The notes beneath the pieces were generated by a model. That model made no database searches. It saw nothing but the letters and a program-made list of their open reading frames with translations, and was not told the DNA's origin. The position numbers were made by a program, and so were the translations under genes. From positions 510,001 through 542,000 of the forward strand of contig NZ_CP043316.1 in assembly GCF_008189405.1 (NCBI RefSeq): 32,000 bases of DNA, read 5' to 3'. Of the stretch, positions 26,021 to 32,000 are shown one piece after another; the first letter of the stretch is position 1, and each line of letters opens with the position of its first letter. This stretch comes from Candidatus Saccharimonadota bacterium (GTDB lineage Bacteria; Pseudomonadota; Alphaproteobacteria; CAJXXZ01; 1604HC).

Positions 26021-26644
26021 TTAATATGGAAATGGAGCGAATTCTATGTCGAATACGATATTGTGTAATCGCATTCTGCTTTTAAAATCATTATCACCAA
26101 CAACAGCACATAAACCAGCGCCTTCCCAAACCGTAATATCTTGATTGCTGTTTCCAATATACATGAATTGCACATTATAACTCTTACTTAAATCATCATG
26201 CTCAATATTTTGCACATAACTTCGTTTATTAATATATTTATTAATCTCTATCAATTTCTTTTCTGATACGCATCGCAAATCTCCATGAGAGCCAATCACA
26301 CCATCAAACAAATTATTTAAATAAATATTTAACCTTTCAGCTATTTTAATAGGGGATCCAGTTGCTAAAATTATTTTTTTACCTCTTTTCTTTTCACATT
26401 TTATAAAATTTACCAACTCTGCGTGAAAATCTAATTTGGCAAAATTAAGATACATGGCATATTTATTTAAGATGTCTATATTCAACATCTTTCTGTTCAT
26501 AAGAAAATTTAACTGTACTTTTAATGCAACAAATGGACATTTAAATATCAAAGCCTTAAATAGCTCAAAACCTACATTTTGCTTTACTAAAGTCCCATCT
26601 AAATCTACAAAAATATACGAATAATCAATCATTAAAGATATCAT
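26021..26644 (-). CDS. HAD-superfamily hydrolase (subfamily IB-like)
   Basis: Motif I FVDLDGTLV, motif II ATGS, and C-terminal GNSNQD/GDN acidic motifs. Substrate unknown. Confidence 0.6.
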   Translation of the reverse strand: MISLMIDYSYIFVDLDGTLVKQNVGFELFKALIFKCPFVALKVQLNFLMNRKMLNIDILNKYAMYLNFAKLDFHAELVNFIKCEKKRGKKIILATGSPIKIAERLNIYLNNLFDGVIGSHGDLRCVSEKKLIEINKYINKRSYVQNIEHDDLSKSYNVQFMYIGNSNQDITVWEGAGLCAVVGDNDFKSRMRLHNIVFDIEFAPFPY

Positions 26645-26671
26645 ATGCTTATAATAATAATTAGCAAATAT

Positions 26672-26699
26672 TTGTATAAAACTATATTCATGTTAGAAT
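26672..26699 (+). promoter_or_regulatory. Candidate extended -10 promoter for the BI-1/RND/rpsP unit
   Basis: TTGTAT (26672-26677), 16 nt spacer, TGT-TAGAAT (26691-26699), followed by AGGAGG (26713-26718) and the ATG at 26724. Confidence 0.4.
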
Positions 26700-26723
26700 A
26701 TGTTGTTTTATTAGGAGGTTATC

Positions 26724-27401
26724 ATGAACAGAGAACATATAGTACATTCTGACTCTGGATTGAGAAGATATTTTGTGAATATCTACCAAAATGTAGCAAT
26801 TGGATTGGGAATCATGGGATCAGTTGCTTTTTTTATGCATAGCATACGCTTTTATCCCAGTGGAGCAGGGGGAATGCTTATAATGTTTTTGCCCTTCATT
26901 ATAAGTATGGCTTTAAGCTTTAATATCAGGAGTATTTCTGTCGAAACAGCTCAATTATTATATATTGCTTATAGCGCTTCTCTAGGAATGTCATTATCTT
27001 TTGTTTTTGCCATTTATACTGGAGAAAGTGTTTTCAATGCATTTTTATCAACTGCTGTTGTTTTTGGAGTTTTATCATATTACGCGAGAACAACTAATAA
27101 AAATTTAAGTGCTATGGGAGATGTATTACAAATGGCTCTTATTGGAATGATTTTAGTTGGTATTGTGAATATTTTCATAGGGTCATCAATGATGAGTATG
27201 TTATTGTCTTTTGCAACAATTATTATTTTCTCTGGCTTTATAGTGTATGATCAACAACAACTAACAAATCTTTATTTTTCAAGAATAGATACTGAGACAA
27301 AAGAAAAAATTGCAATAATTGGATCACTACAATTATTAATTAGCTTTGTAAACATATTTATCTCCTTATTACGCCTTTTTGGTGAGCGTAGAAGAGATTG
27401 A
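26724..27401 (+). CDS. BAX inhibitor-1 / YccA family inner-membrane protein
   Basis: GLRRYFVNIYQNVAIGLG opening, about 7 TM segments, and a charged C-terminal tail (ERRRD) typical of the family. Confidence 0.85.
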   Translation: MNREHIVHSDSGLRRYFVNIYQNVAIGLGIMGSVAFFMHSIRFYPSGAGGMLIMFLPFIISMALSFNIRSISVETAQLLYIAYSASLGMSLSFVFAIYTGESVFNAFLSTAVVFGVLSYYARTTNKNLSAMGDVLQMALIGMILVGIVNIFIGSSMMSMLLSFATIIIFSGFIVYDQQQLTNLYFSRIDTETKEKIAIIGSLQLLISFVNIFISLLRLFGERRRD

Positions 27402-27453
27402 ATAGGAATATTTAAATGTCAAAAATGAAAAATTATAGAAAGCAAGGGACTAA

Positions 27454-28515
27454 ATGAACTTCAATTATCAAAATCTTAATTACAAGAGAATAGCAATAGC
27501 ATCTTTATTAGGTATAGGGGTTTTGTTTTTTTTCAAAAGAAGCAAGCCATCAAGACAAAAAGAAGCGCAAGCTATAGTGCTTGGAGCAGAACGCATTAAA
27601 CGTGGATCCATGTCTGAAAGGCGTGTGTTTCCTGGTGTTTTAAAAGCTGATAAATCCGTAAATATCACAGCAGAAAAGTCCGCCACAATCAAACATATTA
27701 GAAAAGATGGTGAACAAATCAAAGCTGGGGAATTAATTATGGAGCTTTTCGATGATGCTGAAAAAAACAATGCATTAAGCGCTGAAGCTGTAATGCTTGA
27801 ACAAAAATCACAATATGCAAGAGCAGTCAAATTACGTAAAGAAAACATTATTTCAGACGCTGACCTAAATAGCAAAGAAAGTGCATATAAAAAAGCTAAT
27901 GCTGACTATCAGAGAGCTCTTTCTGAAGTTTCTAAGATGAGATTCAAAGCTCCATTCAATGGAATTCTTGGATTAATTAAATATAATGAAGGGTCTGTTC
28001 TTCCATATAATCAAGAAGCAGCTGTATTTATATCTGATGGACCATTATCTGTATTTTTCTCAGTACCAGAAACAAATGCATCTGAAATCAAAAAAAATAC
28101 TGAAGTTGATGTATATCCGGACACACAAGATGCTTTGCCTAAAACAGCTACTATAGTTGCATATGAGCCACAAGCTGATTCAACACATAGCATTTCTATA
28201 AAAGCAAAACTAAATGATGAAAGCACAAACCTTATTCCAGGACAATTTGTAAGGGTAAATATTCCATTGGGAATGAAGCATAATATTATTATGGCTCCTG
28301 AAGCAGCTGTAAGAACTCATCAAGGCAGTTCATATGTATATAAAATTGAAAATGGGAAAGCTAATTACTCTCCTGTAAAGCTAGGAATTAGAGATGATGG
28401 GAAGGTTGAAATTGTTGATGGGCTTTCTGATGGAGATATAGTTATTACTGAAGCAGGAGATAGCTTGAATGATGGATTGAAAGTTACACCTCAAATCTTA
28501 GGAGAGAAGAATTGA
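27454..28515 (+). CDS. RND efflux periplasmic adaptor (membrane fusion protein)
   Basis: N-terminal TM anchor, coiled-coil hairpin region, beta-barrel C-terminal part, and a 4-nt overlap with the RND pump gene. Confidence 0.85.
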   Translation: MNFNYQNLNYKRIAIASLLGIGVLFFFKRSKPSRQKEAQAIVLGAERIKRGSMSERRVFPGVLKADKSVNITAEKSATIKHIRKDGEQIKAGELIMELFDDAEKNNALSAEAVMLEQKSQYARAVKLRKENIISDADLNSKESAYKKANADYQRALSEVSKMRFKAPFNGILGLIKYNEGSVLPYNQEAAVFISDGPLSVFFSVPETNASEIKKNTEVDVYPDTQDALPKTATIVAYEPQADSTHSISIKAKLNDESTNLIPGQFVRVNIPLGMKHNIIMAPEAAVRTHQGSSYVYKIENGKANYSPVKLGIRDDGKVEIVDGLSDGDIVITEAGDSLNDGLKVTPQILGEKN

Positions 28516-31500
28516 ACAATAATGAATTAAGTAATAATTTAAAAGAGCAAAACACAAATAATAAAAATTTAAAAAGCAGTTTTGCATCATTTTTCATATC
28601 TAAGCCTGTATTCACATGGGTTATGTATATTTCCGTTGCAATCGTTGGTATGTTTTTATTACAAAATACTAATTTACGTGAAAACCCCAAAGTTGAAACT
28701 CCATCAATATCCATTGAAATGGAATATCCTGGAGCAAGTACTCAGGTTGTAGAGTCTCAAATCGCAAATTTAATGGAAGAAGAATTAGCAGGAATTGAAG
28801 GCTTAAAAAGCATGAAAACTGTAGTATCTAAATCTGGGCAAACAAAAATAGATATGCATTTCTCAGGAAATAGAAATACTGACTCTATTGCTACTGAAGT
28901 AGAAACCAAAATGCGAAGAATTAAAAACTCATTCCCACAAGGGTTAAAAGATCCTAGCATTAGAAAATCTGGTGGTGATGATCGAAATTTAATGACATTA
29001 GCAATAAGTGGAGGGAAGTACTCTGCATCTGAGTTATCTGATATTGGTTATCGTTATGCAAAAAGCGAATTTGAATCTATTAATGGAATTGCATCTGTAA
29101 AAATTTCTGGAATTTCTGGAGAAGGCCGTACATTTAGAATTGATGTATGGTTAGATCCAGATAAATTATATGCATTTAAATTAACTCCAATGGATGTATA
29201 TAACGCAATTGCAAAACAATCTTACTTACACCCAGCAGGTCATATTGAGATCAATAATATTAGGTATAATGCTACAATTGCAAATGATTTAAAATCTGCT
29301 GAAGAGTTTGCTGATGTTGTATTAAAAGAAAAAAGTGGAAAAGTTATCAAAGTACAGGATGTGGCTAGAGTAGAAATGCAAAAAACTGATGAAGAAGTGC
29401 GAACAAGGCATAATGGTCAAGTTGCATCATTTATTAATATCGGAGCACAACCTCAAGCAAATCAAATCGAAGTTGCAGCCCAAATCAAAAAGAAACTAGT
29501 TGGAATAAACAAAGGATTGCCTCATGGGATAAAAATAGAACCTATTATGGATCAATCTGAACCTGTAAAACAATCTCTAAACAGAGTGGTACAAACTATT
29601 TTTGAAGCAATTATTTTTGTTGTTATTGTTATGCTTTTATTCTTAAAATCATGGAAATCTTCTATCATTCCGTTAATTGCAATTCCAATTTGCCTGCTAT
29701 CAGGAGTGATTACAATCGCTGCATTTGGATACTCAATTAATGTTATAACTTTGTTAGCCATGGTATTAGCTGTTGGATTAGTTGTTGATGATGCTATTGT
29801 TGCTATCGAGGTTATACATAGAAGAATGCAAAAAGGTGAAAATGCGAAAACTGCATCTATTCACGGTATGGCTGAAATCCAATTTTCAATTATCGCTATG
29901 ACATTAACATTAGTTGCAGTTTATGCTCCAATTTCCTTATCCACTGGACTTGTTGGGAAAATGTTTACAGAGTTTTCAGTATCACTTTCAGTTATGGTAT
30001 TAGTGTCTGGAATAGTTGCTTTAACTTTGACGCCTGTCATGACTGCATCATTATTACAAAATGACAAGCAATTAGATTGGAAAATTATTAAAAAATTCGA
30101 TAAATTACTTGTAAAACTAGAGAATACATATAAAAAATATCTTACACATACTATAAATTATCGAAATTACGTTATGCTAGGAGCTTTTATCTTTGGATTG
30201 CTTGGGTTTATCACAGCAAAATATGGAATAAAATCTATTATTGTTCCAGAACAAGATAAAGGAGTAATAGCTATTTCATTAACACCAACTAGTGGTGCAA
30301 ATGTAAAATATATGGAATATACAATTTCCAAAGCTGAGACTATAATCAAAAAGCAAAGTGGCGTTGATTCAGTATATTCTGATTTCCATAGTGGTGGTGA
30401 TAGAGCTACACTTTATGCATTGTTAGCACCATTTGCAAACAGAAAATCATCTAAAATCATTGCTAAAAACATTGAATATGACTTCAAAAAGTCTTTGCCT
30501 GGAACTCAAGCACATATATCATCTGATATTGGATCACTAGGTGGAAACTCACAAGAAATAACAGCAATTATTAAAAGTAATAAATCATATGATGAGCTTG
30601 AAAGATTAGGATTGCGTTCAATAAGAACATTTCAATCTCATCCAGCTATTGAGAATATTAGATATAGTCGAGTTGTGCCTGAAAAAACATTTAACATGGA
30701 AGCCAATAGAGGGCGTGCATTATCTTTAGGTGTTGATTTATCTGCTCTGAGAGATAATGTTGCTATGATAATGAGAGGAAACCCTCCTGCAGTACGATAT
30801 GAGCGAGATGGAAAGCGTTACCCTGTAAGTGTATGGGCAGATGAAAAGTTCAGAAAAGACCCTGAAGGAATTAAACGATTCCATGTTTATACTAATATTC
30901 CTGATGAAAAAGATAGATCTGCTAGAAAACTGATCTCTTTGAAAGATATTATTCAAGTTGTTGAATCATCATCTAGGCCGATGATTTTACATCAAGATGG
31001 AGTAAGAGCCTTTGAGATCTATGGGTCATTAAAACCTGGTTATGATACAATCACAACCTATAAAGACATTGAGTCACAATTATATGCATCATTACCATCT
31101 GGGTATGTTGTTAGTCCAGGATTGAATGTAAAAAACCTAATGGAGGAAGGAAGTAACTTCTCAGTCATTCTGATCTTGGCTTTGATTTTCATTTTCTTGA
31201 TCTTAGCAGCTCAATTTGAAAGTTTTTATGATCCATTAATTATCATGACATCTGTTCCATTAGCGCTTTCAGGTGCTATTTTAACTATATTCTTCATTCC
31301 AGGATTAAGTTTAAATATATATAGCCAGATTGGACTTGTCACACTAATCGGTTTGATTACAAAACATGCTGTTCTAATTGTGGATTATTATAAAAAAGAA
31401 CTTGAAGCAAAAAATGACATTATAAAATCAGTTATGAATGCTTCATTACTACGATTAAAGCCAATTCTAATGACTACACTTGCCATGGTTCTTGGTGCTG

Positions 31501-31688
31501 CACCACTTATTTTAGCTGGTGGATTTGGATCTGAATTCAGGAGAGAAATTGGATGGGTAATCGTAGGTGGAATGTCTTTTGGTACATTTTTCACATTATT
31601 TGTGATTCCAGCAGCGTGTATTGTATTTGCAGACTTGCGCTTTTTGATTACAAAAGTTAAAATGAAGGACGATAATGGGAGACAATAA
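28512..31688 (+). CDS. RND efflux transporter permease (AcrB/AcrD/AcrF family)
   Basis: 1058 aa with a 12-TM, two-large-loop architecture, FFISKPVFTWV N-terminal motif, and QFESFYDPLIIMTSVPLAL...GLITKHAVLIVDY. TTG at 28512 (GGAGAG 5 nt upstream) is the only possible start upstream of the conserved N-terminus. Confidence 0.93.
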   Translation: MNNNELSNNLKEQNTNNKNLKSSFASFFISKPVFTWVMYISVAIVGMFLLQNTNLRENPKVETPSISIEMEYPGASTQVVESQIANLMEEELAGIEGLKSMKTVVSKSGQTKIDMHFSGNRNTDSIATEVETKMRRIKNSFPQGLKDPSIRKSGGDDRNLMTLAISGGKYSASELSDIGYRYAKSEFESINGIASVKISGISGEGRTFRIDVWLDPDKLYAFKLTPMDVYNAIAKQSYLHPAGHIEINNIRYNATIANDLKSAEEFADVVLKEKSGKVIKVQDVARVEMQKTDEEVRTRHNGQVASFINIGAQPQANQIEVAAQIKKKLVGINKGLPHGIKIEPIMDQSEPVKQSLNRVVQTIFEAIIFVVIVMLLFLKSWKSSIIPLIAIPICLLSGVITIAAFGYSINVITLLAMVLAVGLVVDDAIVAIEVIHRRMQKGENAKTASIHGMAEIQFSIIAMTLTLVAVYAPISLSTGLVGKMFTEFSVSLSVMVLVSGIVALTLTPVMTASLLQNDKQLDWKIIKKFDKLLVKLENTYKKYLTHTINYRNYVMLGAFIFGLLGFITAKYGIKSIIVPEQDKGVIAISLTPTSGANVKYMEYTISKAETIIKKQSGVDSVYSDFHSGGDRATLYALLAPFANRKSSKIIAKNIEYDFKKSLPGTQAHISSDIGSLGGNSQEITAIIKSNKSYDELERLGLRSIRTFQSHPAIENIRYSRVVPEKTFNMEANRGRALSLGVDLSALRDNVAMIMRGNPPAVRYERDGKRYPVSVWADEKFRKDPEGIKRFHVYTNIPDEKDRSARKLISLKDIIQVVESSSRPMILHQDGVRAFEIYGSLKPGYDTITTYKDIESQLYASLPSGYVVSPGLNVKNLMEEGSNFSVILILALIFIFLILAAQFESFYDPLIIMTSVPLALSGAILTIFFIPGLSLNIYSQIGLVTLIGLITKHAVLIVDYYKKELEAKNDIIKSVMNASLLRLKPILMTTLAMVLGAAPLILAGGFGSEFRREIGWVIVGGMSFGTFFTLFVIPAACIVFADLRFLITKVKMKDDNGRQ

Positions 31689-31978
31689 TGTTAAAATTAA
31701 GATTTGCTAGAGGTGGTAAAAAGAGAAATCCTGTGTTCTTCCTTGTAGTTGCTGAAAGCCAATCGCCAAGAGATGGAAGATTTGTAGAAAAACTAGGGAC
31801 TTATACTCCAAAACTAAAAAATGAACAAAGGTTTATTTTTAATGAGGATCGTATTAAGCACTGGATTTCTAAAGGTGCTCAATTAACTGATAGAGCACAA
31901 TATCTACTTGGCTTACAAGGTATAGTAAAACCTATAGTAAGAAAAACAGTAGAACCTGTAGCTGCAATAGCAGAATAG
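31688..31978 (+). CDS. rpsP: 30S ribosomal protein S16
   Basis: MLKLRFARGGKKRNPVFFLVVAES and GRFVEKLGTYTP. TAATG overlap with the RND stop, and GGGAGA 5 nt upstream of the ATG. Confidence 0.95.
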   Translation: MLKLRFARGGKKRNPVFFLVVAESQSPRDGRFVEKLGTYTPKLKNEQRFIFNEDRIKHWISKGAQLTDRAQYLLGLQGIVKPIVRKTVEPVAAIAE

Positions 31979-32000
31979 TACATACTTTAAAAACTTATGG

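Noticed and set aside
96-31978. Possible alternative genetic code (UGA = Trp), as in some reduced-genome symbionts.
   Set aside because: RF2 is intact. TGA terminates rpsK, rpsJ, rplX, trmD and the RND adaptor at the expected protein ends, and all conserved proteins are full length under code 11.

Overview
Visibly AT-rich bacterial chromosomal DNA using the standard code: prfB is present and TGA is a stop in rpsK, rpsJ, rplX and trmD. About 19 kb (7.0-25.9 kb) is one co-directional minus-strand translation supercluster, mostly joined by 1-14 nt overlaps: trmD-rplS-rpsL-rpsG-fusA-rpsJ-rplC-rplD-rplW-rplB-rpsS-rplV-rpsC-rplP | 1.8-kb insert | rpmC-rpsQ-rplN-rplX-rplE-rpsN-rpsH-rplF-rplR-rpsE-rplO-secY-adk-rpsM-rpsK-rpoA-rplQ. 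fusA runs straight into rpsJ with no tuf, and secY-adk-rpsM has no infA or rpmJ. Both are alphaproteobacterial, Rickettsiales-type arrangements, so I infer a reduced-genome intracellular alphaproteobacterium (inference only). The left flank holds yebC, an acidic orphan protein, prfB without the programmed frameshift, a TrxR-type ferredoxin-NADP reductase, tRNA-Glu(UUC) and a short RNase D, all set in unusually long non-coding DNA. The right flank holds a HAD hydrolase, then a plus-strand chain of BI-1/YccA, RND adaptor, RND pump and rpsP. Four items deserve a second look. (1) Six copies of the 16-bp palindrome TGTTCCACGTGGAACA, a symmetrised parS, are confined to 2.0-5.5 kb at about 135-bp spacing. 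(2) A 1.8-kb insertion carrying a GyrI-like ligand-binding gene separates rplP from a shortened rpmC inside the S10/spc cluster. (3) S12 has non-lysine residues at both classical streptomycin-resistance positions. (4) The rpsP-rimM-trmD-rplS operon is dispersed, with rpsP translationally coupled to an RND efflux pump. I saw no CRISPR array, transposase, integrase or rRNA. All calls come from reading the sequence and ORF track by eye; no searches or statistics were run.
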